Shown here piece by piece: positions 7,892 to 16,787 of a DNA stretch of 26,054 nucleotides. The first letter of the stretch is position 1. Every line of letters starts with the position of its first letter. This DNA comes from Minisyncoccota bacterium (GTDB taxonomy: Bacteria; Patescibacteriota; Minisyncoccia; Phycocordibacterales; UBA1006). Location: the NCBI GenBank assembly GCA_937970115.1, contig CALBVO010000081.1, positions 1-26,054 on the forward strand, in the 5' to 3' direction. The position numbers and the translations under genes were made by a program. The notes under the pieces were generated by a model that saw only the letters and a list, made by a program, of their open reading frames with translations, did no database searches and was not told the DNA's origin.

Positions 7892-8348
7892 AAATAATTC
7901 CATCCCTATGTAAATCATCTAGTACCTCCCTATACGAAAAAGCAATTTCTAAATCTATGGTTTCTGCATAAGAAAAATATTTTGCATTTTCTGATTCAAA
8001 ATCAATTTTCAAATCTCCACTAGCATTACCTAAATGAACTAATGAAAAATATCTTTTTCCATTTAAAATTCCATCATAAAATTTAAATTTACTTGTAACA
8101 ACAAAATCTAGATTTGTCTCCTCTTTAACCTCTCGTATAACACAAAACTCAAGAGATTCGTCACTCTCTTCAATCCCACCAGCAGGAAAAGTCCATTTAC
8201 CAGGAGCATTTTTTGAGTTAAATGATCTTTGTAATAATAGTATTTTTTTATCTTGCAAGATAACTGCCGAGCCTGCGATTTTACCAATTTGAATTGGTTG
8301 TTGGTTGTTGGTTGTTGGTTGTTGGTTGTTGGTTGTTGGTTGTTTCAT
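7890..8348 (-). CDS. NUDIX hydrolase (MutT-like) with an N-terminal heptamer-encoded repeat
   Basis: KWTFPAGGIEESDESLEFCVIREVKEETNL Nudix box; TATAAT 6 nt before the ATG. Confidence 0.88.
   Translation of the reverse strand: MKQPTTNNQQPTTNNQQPIQIGKIAGSAVILQDKKILLLQRSFNSKNAPGKWTFPAGGIEESDESLEFCVIREVKEETNLDFVVTSKFKFYDGILNGKRYFSLVHLGNASGDLKIDFESENAKYFSYAETIDLEIAFSYREVLDDLHRDGII
8294..8342. repeat. Simple sequence repeat (TTGGTTG)x7, i.e. (CAACCAA)x7 on the coding strand
   Basis: Seven perfect copies counted, starting at codon 3 of the NUDIX ORF. Confidence 0.95.
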
Positions 8349-8362
8349 AAAATAATTATAAT

Positions 8363-9067
8363 TTAAATATCTCCATACAGGAACCTCTTTCTCTTACTCT
8401 CTTTCATTCGTTCAATGGCGTAACGTAATGTCGTTCGCGGTAATCGATCGTACTGTCGTTTTAGAAAATCCTCGACACGTTCGGGTTGTTTTTTCCATGA
8501 CTCGCGTAACATCCATCCGACGGCCTTGTGCATCAGATCATGATCATCATCCAATAATTTCTCTGCCAGATACAATGCCTCGTCGATACCCTGTTTGCGA
8601 ATCATTATCCATGTAGACACCATTGCGATACGTCGTTCCCACGTGTTTTTTGAGACAACTAATTTATCCAGGATTTTCCGCTGGTCTGGATTATCCAAAA
8701 TATAATTCCCCAACACATAATGCGCCGATACGTCCACCAAATCCCAATTATTAATATATTTAGTATTTTTTAAATAGAATGTGGTGATTGTTTTTCGCTC
8801 ATCATTACCTGTCTGTTTACTGCGTTCTGCCAATAACACCAATGCACACAAACGGTCCTCGTGAACATCCGAACTGATGATGTCTTGTAATTCGTTATAA
8901 CTGATGTCATGGAATTGTTTTGCAACCTTGCGAATATCAGGCATAGATACACCTATAAAGGTATCAAAATTTGAATACTCACCCTCGCCTGTTTTGAAAA
9001 AATATTCGTTCTTTTCTTTACGTTCCTTGCTGGCGTATTTTCGTAATTCTTTTTGGAGCTTATGCAT
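8363..9067 (-). CDS. DNA alkylation repair protein (AlkD-like HEAT-repeat family)
   Basis: YFFKTGEGEY, FIGVSMPDIR, INNWDLVDVSA, WERRIAMVST, MHKAVGWMLRE, RYAIER motifs. Confidence 0.9.
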   Translation of the reverse strand: MHKLQKELRKYASKERKEKNEYFFKTGEGEYSNFDTFIGVSMPDIRKVAKQFHDISYNELQDIISSDVHEDRLCALVLLAERSKQTGNDERKTITTFYLKNTKYINNWDLVDVSAHYVLGNYILDNPDQRKILDKLVVSKNTWERRIAMVSTWIMIRKQGIDEALYLAEKLLDDDHDLMHKAVGWMLRESWKKQPERVEDFLKRQYDRLPRTTLRYAIERMKESKRKRFLYGDI

Positions 9068-9081
9068 GATGTAATTATAAC

Positions 9082-9111
9082 AAAATAAAAACGCAATTGC
9101 GTTTTTATTTT
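9082..9111. terminator. Perfect 30-bp palindrome fused to the stop of the upstream hypothetical gene
   Basis: AAAATAAAAACGCAATTGCGTTTTTATTTT. Confidence 0.7.
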
Positions 9112-9571
9112 AAATTTCAGATTTTGTAGAAATTTCATAACGATCTGTTAATTGTTTAATGTATTCTTCAAACTTATCATCAAGCCATTTGTCTTTTTCT
9201 CCTGGAATTAATTTATAACTAATTTTAGATAAGGCATTGTTTGGAATAGATATATCTAATCTTTGTAAAATATCAGTTTTAACATCTGTGTTAAGAAATT
9301 TCCAGTCAGATATTTTTTCCAATCCTGTAATACTTTTAACGTTACGTATTTCATTTAAAATTTTATTTGATGGAGCAAATTCCAAAAGTGCTTCTTTTTT
9401 ACCCTGCGATACCTCGGCAAGATTAAGGTTTTCAATTATATCTTTTCTTTGCTCCAGCATACTACCACCATCATTACGTAATTTCTCTTCAGATAAGGTT
9501 GAAAATATATCTTTTTCATTTAGATTAATATGCTCACCGACAATTCTGTCTTTTTTTTCTAAATTTTCCAT
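9110..9571 (-). CDS. Hypothetical protein, 153 aa, charged and helical
   Basis: Clean ORF with TGaTATAAT 6 nt upstream and a terminator at the stop; no family recognised. Confidence 0.72.
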   Translation of the reverse strand: MENLEKKDRIVGEHINLNEKDIFSTLSEEKLRNDGGSMLEQRKDIIENLNLAEVSQGKKEALLEFAPSNKILNEIRNVKSITGLEKISDWKFLNTDVKTDILQRLDISIPNNALSKISYKLIPGEKDKWLDDKFEEYIKQLTDRYEISTKSEI

Positions 9572-9592
9572 AAAAACATTATATCACCCTCA

Positions 9593-9711
9593 CAAGCAAA
9601 AAATAGAACACATAGCTAGGCGCTGAGGCGCGAGCATGTGAGGCGTCCAAACGGACGATGATCATGCGAGCGCCAAAAGCAACAACGCTAGGCGTCTATT
9701 CTTTGCTTTTG
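9593..9711 (+). repeat. Tandem-GA palindromic element, copy D (long form), overlapping the methyltransferase stop
   Basis: GAGGCGCGAG CATG TGAGG CGTCC aaac GGACG ATGAT CATG CGAGCGCC; homologous to 13744-13864. Confidence 0.7.
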
Positions 9712-10385
9712 AGATACACATTCCAATAATTTCGCTTATACGATTGTTTCCCAAATGTCTGATAACCGGTCTTTCTCTCCATCCGCACGACCTCCAGATG
9801 TTGGTTATACATCTCCTTAAAATCTGGACCACTGAAAATCCGTTCGGTCACACCTAGCTGTGGATGTTTGTAGGTATCGTAATCTGGACCTGGGAATTCT
9901 TTGATCATTTTTTGGGCGTTTTTATCACCCTCGCGTGCTAATGTTCGCACGTACATATATCCGCCTGGTTTCAATACACGTCCACATTCTTTTAAATAAA
10001 TCCCGCGTTCAAATTCATTCAACGCATTTGATGCTGTAACATCCAAAATAATATCGATCGAATTATCATCCAAGGGAAATGGTTTTCCAATATTACGTTC
10101 TGTAAATGTTACCAGTTCATGCCCGTGAATATTATTTGCCTTTTCAATAGCATCAGACGAGAAATCATACCCATGAACGGTCGCATCATAATTATCAGCC
10201 ATATAGAAACTGTTACGCCCTACACCACAACCCAGATCCAAAACCGTAATATCTGAATACAAATCAATATGTTTATTGTTTTTGATCCATTTAATAAACC
10301 GCAAAAAATCCTTTTGAGGTTTATGTGATTGGGTTATCAGTTTCGATTTTTGATATTCTTGATCCCATGATTGCTGATTATTCAT
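9696..10385 (-). CDS. Class I SAM-dependent methyltransferase
   Basis: VLDLGCGVGRN, GYDFS, FPLDDNSIDII, RVLKPGG motifs. Start placed at ATG 10385 (TTGCAA-16-TAGACT-6-ATG). Confidence 0.9.
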   Translation of the reverse strand: MNNQQSWDQEYQKSKLITQSHKPQKDFLRFIKWIKNNKHIDLYSDITVLDLGCGVGRNSFYMADNYDATVHGYDFSSDAIEKANNIHGHELVTFTERNIGKPFPLDDNSIDIILDVTASNALNEFERGIYLKECGRVLKPGGYMYVRTLAREGDKNAQKMIKEFPGPDYDTYKHPQLGVTERIFSGPDFKEMYNQHLEVVRMERKTGYQTFGKQSYKRNYWNVYLKSKE

Positions 10386-10459
10386 ACCCAAAGTCTAGTG
10401 TATTCAGAGCAACTTGCAAGAAAAATAGATAATTTTAATAACTAGGCTATACTCACATT

Positions 10460-12193
10460 ATGAATACATTTATTACCTATATAAAAAAATATAAAACAAC
10501 CCTTGGATTAGGACTATTTTTCGCGGCTATTAATCAAATATTTTCGCTGCTCAACCCACAGGTCTTTCGGTTGGTGATTGATAATTATGCATCACAATAC
10601 GAGACATTCACTAATAATGAATTTATTACTGGGGTTGGAATGTTGCTGTTGTTGTATATTGGCGTTGCCTTAATATCACGTACCGGAAAGGCATTTCAGG
10701 ATTATTATATGAACGTTGTTTCAGAACGTGTTGGAACAAAAATGTACAATGACTCTATTGGGTATATTTTTAAACTTCCCTTTGCGGTTTTCGAGGACGA
10801 GCAATCAGGAAGTATTCTACAAAAACTACAAAAGGCACGCGACCACGGTAAAAAATTGATCAACGATATGGTTAATATTGGTTTCTTTTCGGTTATCGGG
10901 ATGATATTTGTTATTATCTACGCCTATACGGTGCATTGGTGGATTGGATTGGTATTTACCCTATCGATACCTATTGTTGGAACGATTATTTATTTTACAG
11001 GTAAATCAATCAAAGAGGCACAGAAAAATATCGTCTCTCGCAGCGCAGCCCTAGCCGCATCAACGACCGAAACATTACAAAATGTTGGATTGGTAAAATC
11101 TCTGGGATTAGAAGACCAGGAAGTCGACCGCCTGAATACCGTCCACGAAGAAATTCTAGCGTTAGAATTAAAAAAGGTAATTATTTTACGAAAACTCAGT
11201 TTCATCCAAGGAACCCTTGTAAATACCATCAGTACATTAATCGTATTTGTTTCAATGGTTCTGATTTTTAAAAACGCGATTTCACTCGGAGAATTTCTGA
11301 CCTTGTGGTTTTATGGATTTTTTGTTTTTGGGCCATTAGGTCAATTTGCTGAACTGGTTCGAAGTTACCAGGAAACAAAGGCCAGTGTAGATGAACTGGA
11401 AATAATTCTAGATCAAAAGGTATATGTACCAGAAATATCCAAGACTGATTCAATTAAACATATACAATCCATTTCATTTAATGATGTTTCGTTCAGCTAT
11501 AAAAATTCATCAGAATCGTTATTAAACATTTCTCTATCTATTAACCCTGGTCAGACAATTGCCCTGGCAGGACCTAGTGGTTCTGGTAAATCCACCTTTT
11601 TAAAATTACTTCTGGGTCTCTATCAAACAAATACAGGAGAAATTACCTATAACAAAATATCATCAGATAATATTAATTTAAATAGTATTCGTAATCGTGT
11701 CGGGTATGTTCCCCAGGAAAGCCAGGTATTTGCAGGAACCGTCCGAGAAAACCTGTTATTCGTACAACCAGATGCATCTGACGAGGATTGTATTACCGCG
11801 CTGAAACAGGCACAGGCATTCTCAATTATCGAACGTACCGAAAATGGGCTCGATACAATATTAGGAGAAAACGGTATTAAACTATCCGGCGGCGAACGCC
11901 AACGTATCGCCATTGCACGTTCCTTACTGCGGAAACCTGATGTATTAATATTTGACGAGGCGACGTCCAGTCTGGACTCAATGACAGAACGAGAAATCAC
12001 AGATACGATCAAAACAATCAAACAACATCAACCCAATCTTATGATGATTATTGTGGCACATCGATTATCAACCATCGAACATGCTGATACCATTTATGTA
12101 TTGCGTAAAGGCTCAATCGTGGAATCAGGTAATCACACACAACTATTGCAAAACAAGGATTTATATTATTCTCTTTGGAATCAACAACAATAA
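10460..12193 (+). CDS. ABC exporter, fused TMD-NBD half transporter (MsbA/MdlB-like)
   Basis: Six-TM N-terminal half; Walker A GPSGSGKST, signature LSGGERQR, Walker B LIFDEATSSLD, H-loop VAHRLST. Confidence 0.95.
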   Translation: MNTFITYIKKYKTTLGLGLFFAAINQIFSLLNPQVFRLVIDNYASQYETFTNNEFITGVGMLLLLYIGVALISRTGKAFQDYYMNVVSERVGTKMYNDSIGYIFKLPFAVFEDEQSGSILQKLQKARDHGKKLINDMVNIGFFSVIGMIFVIIYAYTVHWWIGLVFTLSIPIVGTIIYFTGKSIKEAQKNIVSRSAALAASTTETLQNVGLVKSLGLEDQEVDRLNTVHEEILALELKKVIILRKLSFIQGTLVNTISTLIVFVSMVLIFKNAISLGEFLTLWFYGFFVFGPLGQFAELVRSYQETKASVDELEIILDQKVYVPEISKTDSIKHIQSISFNDVSFSYKNSSESLLNISLSINPGQTIALAGPSGSGKSTFLKLLLGLYQTNTGEITYNKISSDNINLNSIRNRVGYVPQESQVFAGTVRENLLFVQPDASDEDCITALKQAQAFSIIERTENGLDTILGENGIKLSGGERQRIAIARSLLRKPDVLIFDEATSSLDSMTEREITDTIKTIKQHQPNLMMIIVAHRLSTIEHADTIYVLRKGSIVESGNHTQLLQNKDLYYSLWNQQQ

Positions 12194-12220
12194 AGAGATC
12201 TTATTTTCATATTTCTGAAA

Positions 12221-12265
12221 TAATATAAAAGGACGAAACGCTTTGCGTTTCGTCCTTTTATATTA
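12221..12265. terminator. Bidirectional terminator, 21-bp perfect stem
   Basis: TAATATAAAAGGACGAAACGC-ttt-GCGTTTCGTCCTTTTATATTA between convergent genes. Confidence 0.8.
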
Positions 12266-12394
12266 TCGATTAATTTCTCGTAGTTCTTCCTTGATTTGAT
12301 CTAGTGACCGATCAATTTGTTCTAATTTTGATTCTAAAATACGGTTTGATTCTCTTAATGTTTCTAGTAATAATTCCACTTGATTATCATTCAT
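12263..12394 (-). CDS. Small coiled-coil hypothetical protein, 43 aa (MNDNQVELLLETLRESNRILESKLEQIDRSLDQIKEELREINR)
   Basis: Translated by hand; TGtTATAAT 7 nt before the ATG, heptad L/I pattern, stop inside the terminator arm. Confidence 0.65.
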   Translation of the reverse strand: MNDNQVELLLETLRESNRILESKLEQIDRSLDQIKEELREINR

Positions 12395-12407
12395 AGTATT
12401 TATTATA

Positions 12408-12440
12408 ACAAAAAAATACTCTTTATGAGTATTTTTTGTT
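12408..12440. terminator. Terminator after the SnoaL-like gene
   Basis: AAAAAATACTC-ttat-GAGTATTTTTT stem with A/T tracts. Confidence 0.6.
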
Positions 12441-12444
12441 AAAA

Positions 12445-12810
12445 CTATTCACTCATCGGGCTGTAGAAAAATTCTTCGTATGCAATTTTTCCATCTGCTA
12501 CTCTATAGACAGCAATTTCTGTCATTTCAGATCGCATACCTGAAGGTTTATGGGTAGTGTCCATGGTAAAGGTTACAGTGAACCAATCATCTGCAATTAA
12601 TGGTTGTGAGGCTGATGCTGAATGAACTTCAAAGTTCTCTTGCCACCATTCTCCTTTTTTCATAACTTCTGCCATCCCATCACATTTCATAAATTCTCCT
12701 TCTTGTTCAACACTCACAATATCTGGACTATACAGCTCGTGGTATGGCGCCTCCATTTCTCCTGCGTTAAATAATGTTACAAGTAGTTGTGCTACTTCAT
12801 TTGTTGTCAT
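12445..12810 (-). CDS. SnoaL-like / NTF2-fold protein
   Basis: MTTNEVAQLLVTLF...ELYSPDIVSVE...KGEWWQENFEVH...F.V.FTMDTTHK...EIAVYRVADGKIAYEEFFY, a typical SnoaL-like pattern. Confidence 0.8.
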   Translation of the reverse strand: MTTNEVAQLLVTLFNAGEMEAPYHELYSPDIVSVEQEGEFMKCDGMAEVMKKGEWWQENFEVHSASASQPLIADDWFTVTFTMDTTHKPSGMRSEMTEIAVYRVADGKIAYEEFFYSPMSE

Positions 12811-12985
12811 ATGCTTTTTCAAAAATTAATTTTAATACGTTATGTATGTATAACATATTAATTATATCAAAAATTTATTCTTATAAGCGAGTTTTGTATG
12901 CTAGACAAACTGGGATTATGTTCAAACTTTTATGTTGCTAAATATTAATATAAATTTTTAATTAAATAAATTTAAAACTAAACCA

Positions 12986-13609
12986 ATGGCACAACTTAAT
13001 CAAAAAACTGACGCAGAATTAGTTCAAGAATTTATGAATGGTAATGAAGTAGTATTTAATATACTTGCAAAAAAATATCAAAAACCTCTTCTTGGTATTG
13101 TGGCTTATAAGATAAGCACGTTATCATATCTTTCATATGATGTTGTTAATCAAATATCAGAAGATATTTCACAGGATACTTTTGTAAAAGCTTTTATTAC
13201 CTTGAGAAAGGGTAAATATAATAACGAAGGTTATTTCAAAGCATGGTTGTATCGAATAGCACATAATTTATGTATGGATTACCACCGTAAAGATAAGAGA
13301 ATGCAACTAATTAGCATATCAGATTCTTTATCTTCTCCTCGTGTAAATATGACTTATAATGATTTCTTGAAAGCCTTTGTTAATACGCAAGAGCATAAGA
13401 TAATTGATTTTGAAATTAGCCTACAACTTCGTGAGTTAGTACAAGATCTACCAGTTACGCAAAGAGATGTATTAGTTATGCGTATTTTCCAAGATATCGC
13501 TGAAAGGACAAACGTTTCAATAAATACAGCCCTAGGCAGAATGCGCTATGCATTAATAAATTTAAGAAAAAAGATTAATAGTAAGGATTTACAACTACAT
13601 ATCAGCTAA
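12986..13609 (+). CDS. ECF-type sigma-70 factor of Bacteroidota type, with an apparent 5-codon deletion in region 4
   Basis: DAELV..., EDISQDTFVK, FKAWLYRIAHNLCMDYHRK, VSINTALGRMRYALINLRK; lacks the usual xSFKE segment before IAE. Confidence 0.85.
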   Translation: MAQLNQKTDAELVQEFMNGNEVVFNILAKKYQKPLLGIVAYKISTLSYLSYDVVNQISEDISQDTFVKAFITLRKGKYNNEGYFKAWLYRIAHNLCMDYHRKDKRMQLISISDSLSSPRVNMTYNDFLKAFVNTQEHKIIDFEISLQLRELVQDLPVTQRDVLVMRIFQDIAERTNVSINTALGRMRYALINLRKKINSKDLQLHIS

Positions 13610-13613
13610 TTAC

Positions 13614-13646
13614 AAAAAATCACCTTAATAGATAAGGTGATTTTTT
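13614..13646 (+). terminator. Terminator after the ECF sigma gene
   Basis: AAAAAATCACCTTA-ataga-TAAGGTGATTTTTT, 4 nt after the stop. Confidence 0.75.
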
Positions 13647-13743
13647 ACTAGCTGGTTAACTGGGATTCAAAATTTTTGCGTTTATTTGAAAAAATAAGAA
13701 ATTATAACAAACTAAAATAAAAACTATCTTAATGGGAGTTTTT

Positions 13744-13864
13744 AAAATTTCAAAAATGAGATAGAGAGCAAGGCATCGAGGCGCGAGGGCAGGAGGCGTC
13801 CGAGCCGGACGATGACTAAGCGAGCGCCGAAGATAACACAGCTATCTGCTCATTTTTAAATTTT
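13744..13864 (+). repeat. Tandem-GA palindromic element, copy E (long form), directly after the rpoD stop
   Basis: ATC GAGGCGCGAG GGCAG GAGG CGTCC gagcc GGACG ATGA CTAAG CGAGCGCC GAAGAT, with outer arms AAAATGAG.ATAG/CTATC.GCTCATTTT. Confidence 0.7.
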
Positions 13865-15028
13865 CTAGTAATCTTGGAGTTTTTTAATCTTCTCATTTAC
13901 CCGAATCTTCTCATGTACCTTTGCCTCAATCTGACGAATACGCTCGCGCGTTACATCAAATTTACGACCAACCTCCTCGAGCGTATGTGAAATACCATCT
14001 ACCAAACCATAACGTAATTCAATAATAGTTCGTTCTTTTTCGGTAAGCTCATCAAGAATTTCTTGAAGTTGGTCCTTTAAGATAGTCTTAGAAGAATCGC
14101 GATCAGGTGATGGAATTGATTCATCGGCAATAAATTCACCACGTGTTGATTTCTCTTCTCCATCTGAACCAATTGGTTCTTCTAATGACATGGTTGTCTG
14201 ATTGATTTTTCCAATCATATGAATCTTTTCAACATCAAGCTCCATTTCCAAGGCAATTTCTTCAGGCAATGGTTCACGACCAAGATCCTGACTCATACGT
14301 TTGAACACTTGTTTATATTTTGAAATGGTTTCAACCATATGAACGGGAATACGAATCGTTCGTGATTGATCAGCCAAGGCACGTGTAATTGATTGACGAA
14401 TCCACCAGGTCGCGTAGGTCGAGAATTTATATCCTCGTGTCCAGTCAAATTTTTCAACTGCTTTGAATAATCCGATATTTCCTTCCTGAATAAGGTCAAG
14501 AAGCGTCAAATCTGGAGATCGTCCTACATATTTTTTTGCGAGTGATACTACCAAACGTAAGTTTGCCTTTGCAAGAAGGTTTTTTGCCTCGTCATCTCCT
14601 GCCTCGATTCGTTTTGCGAGTGATACTTCTTCGGCTGCTTTGATCAATGGATATTTACCAATTTCTCGCAGGTACATTTGAATAGAATCTTTTGTTTCGG
14701 GTTGTTTTTTTGTTGCAAAATCTTTTTCCAATAATTCCTCATCAGTCATATCAAGCATTCCTCCACCACCAGAACTCGTTCCTCCCTCAACGATTTCAAC
14801 CTCAGCATCACCAAGAAGACCATATAATTCATCAAGAAACATTACATCATCCTCAATATCTGGAAATTCTTTTAATATTTCCGCATAGGTTAAAAACCGT
14901 CGTTTCTTTCCTTTTTCGACAAGTGCTTTTGCCTTTTTATCTCGAGCCTCAATTTCTCGTTGCTCTTGAATATGTGTCTGCACTGGATCTACTTTTTGCT
15001 TCTTTGTAGTTGATTTTTTAGGTGCCAT
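13865..15028 (-). CDS. rpoD: RNA polymerase primary sigma factor (SigA/RpoD), short form
   Basis: [62 protein letters not shown] motifs. Confidence 0.97.
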   Translation of the reverse strand: MAPKKSTTKKQKVDPVQTHIQEQREIEARDKKAKALVEKGKKRRFLTYAEILKEFPDIEDDVMFLDELYGLLGDAEVEIVEGGTSSGGGGMLDMTDEELLEKDFATKKQPETKDSIQMYLREIGKYPLIKAAEEVSLAKRIEAGDDEAKNLLAKANLRLVVSLAKKYVGRSPDLTLLDLIQEGNIGLFKAVEKFDWTRGYKFSTYATWWIRQSITRALADQSRTIRIPVHMVETISKYKQVFKRMSQDLGREPLPEEIALEMELDVEKIHMIGKINQTTMSLEEPIGSDGEEKSTRGEFIADESIPSPDRDSSKTILKDQLQEILDELTEKERTIIELRYGLVDGISHTLEEVGRKFDVTRERIRQIEAKVHEKIRVNEKIKKLQDY

Positions 15029-15030
15029 AA

Positions 15031-16773
15031 TTATTTTTGAATAAGATTTTTTAAATCGGTTTTTAATAAAAGTAATTTTTGAAGTTCTGCTGTTAATTCA
15101 GCTATTTTTTCAGAATGTGATTGGGATTCATTTTGACGAATTTCTTCTAGTAGTTCCCCTGAACGATGATCAATATTTCGTATTTTTTCTTCAGCGAGCA
15201 TAGTTAACAATATATGGCCAAATGAGCTTGTTGAGATATCTTTATATTTATCTTGAAGAATAAATAATTGCATATTTTTTTCTGTTTCAGGAATCTCCTG
15301 AATAACAGATGTAATATCAGTATTAAATAATTCTGTATACAAAGAATTAATATGGTCGCTAACTGATGTTTCAATGTGATATTTTGAATCATTTATAAAA
15401 TAGGAAATATAAGCGACTTCTTTTTTGATATTTCGTTCAGGTAATTCTTGTGTGCGTGAAATAGATTCTTTTGTATTATTAGTTTTAATACTATCATCTT
15501 GATCAGGAGTAAATTGCGCAAAGTCATTTCGCACCGCATCTACACTCACCCCAAGAAATAATGATAATTTTTGTAAAATACGATCCTGAACCATAGCACT
15601 TTGCATAAGATGCACAAAGGTAAATAAATCATTATCAACAAGTTTCTTTTTCTCATTAAATGAATGATCTGCTCGATTAAATAATTCTAATCGATAATCA
15701 ATATAGTCTTTTGCATCACTTACGCACACATCCCATTGTTCCTTGCTGTGTTCTATAGTATCTGCTGGATCCATACCATCGGGCATGACAATAATTTTCA
15801 CTTGCATACCGTTACGATATGCAGCAAGGACGCTTCGACGTGTTGCCTTTATTCCTGCCTTATCACTATCAAGTGCCAGAAAAATATTATGAGTAAACCG
15901 TTTAATCATATTAATATGTTGATCAGTCAACCCTGTTCCAGAAATTGCAACGGTATGAATATATCCAGCCTGTTGAGCCATTAACACATCAAACTGGCCT
16001 TCTACCAATATACAAGCGTCTTCCTTACTCATAGCTGTTTTAGCAGTATGATATCCATAGAGAACCTTTGATTTATCAAATATTGGTCCTTCTGGACTAT
16101 TAATATATTTTGCACCCTTAACATCTGGATCATCGGTAAAAATTCTTCCCGAGAAACCAACCACGCGTCCACGTCCATCCATAAGAGGAAACATGATACG
16201 TGATCGAAATCTATCGTAATATCCACTTCCCTCTTTTTTAATAATCAATCCAACAGATTCAATATTCTGGTCAGTATATTTGCGTGATCTAAGGTAATCA
16301 TAACAATCACGCCACTCATCTAATGCAAAACCAATACGGAATCGAATGATCGTTTCCTTGGTCAAGCCACGTTGTAGTAGATGCTGTACAACATGACCAT
16401 TTTTTCGTAAATGGACTTCGTACCATTTGGTAATGTCATCCAAGATTTTAAATCGGTTTGTCGTTTCATTATGTTTCTCTAAAGAGACAGTATTTGATTC
16501 CAAGACAACTCCTGCCTTTTCTGCAAGTAATTTCAGTGCATCTGGAAACTCGATACGTTCGATTTCTTGAACAAAGGTAAACATATCACCACCCTTACCA
16601 CTTGAAAAACAGTAGAAAAAACCCTTCTCTGGTGAAACAAAGAATGATGGGGTTTTTTCATTAGTAAAGGGTGATTTTCCTTTGTATGTCTTTCCTGCCT
16701 TTTCAAGCTTTACATATGAACCCACCACATCAAGAATATTTAATTTATCTTTAATGATGTCGGTGTTTTTCAT
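15031..16773 (-). CDS. dnaG: DNA primase
   Basis: [48 protein letters not shown] motifs. Confidence 0.96.
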   Translation of the reverse strand: MKNTDIIKDKLNILDVVGSYVKLEKAGKTYKGKSPFTNEKTPSFFVSPEKGFFYCFSSGKGGDMFTFVQEIERIEFPDALKLLAEKAGVVLESNTVSLEKHNETTNRFKILDDITKWYEVHLRKNGHVVQHLLQRGLTKETIIRFRIGFALDEWRDCYDYLRSRKYTDQNIESVGLIIKKEGSGYYDRFRSRIMFPLMDGRGRVVGFSGRIFTDDPDVKGAKYINSPEGPIFDKSKVLYGYHTAKTAMSKEDACILVEGQFDVLMAQQAGYIHTVAISGTGLTDQHINMIKRFTHNIFLALDSDKAGIKATRRSVLAAYRNGMQVKIIVMPDGMDPADTIEHSKEQWDVCVSDAKDYIDYRLELFNRADHSFNEKKKLVDNDLFTFVHLMQSAMVQDRILQKLSLFLGVSVDAVRNDFAQFTPDQDDSIKTNNTKESISRTQELPERNIKKEVAYISYFINDSKYHIETSVSDHINSLYTELFNTDITSVIQEIPETEKNMQLFILQDKYKDISTSSFGHILLTMLAEEKIRNIDHRSGELLEEIRQNESQSHSEKIAELTAELQKLLLLKTDLKNLIQK

Positions 16774-16787
16774 GGTGATGGTTATAA

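Noticed and set aside
6904-11453. Short ORFs overlapping pyk, alkD-like, ORF 9110 and the ABC exporter (e.g. 7682-7918, 9237-9626, 10990-11229)
   Set aside because: They overlap better-supported genes or palindromic repeats and have no recognisable content.
2511-13864. Palindromic repeats as a CRISPR array or integron attC sites
   Set aside because: No regular repeat-spacer periodicity, no cas or intI gene, and no RYYYAAC/GTTRRRY cores at the hairpin ends.
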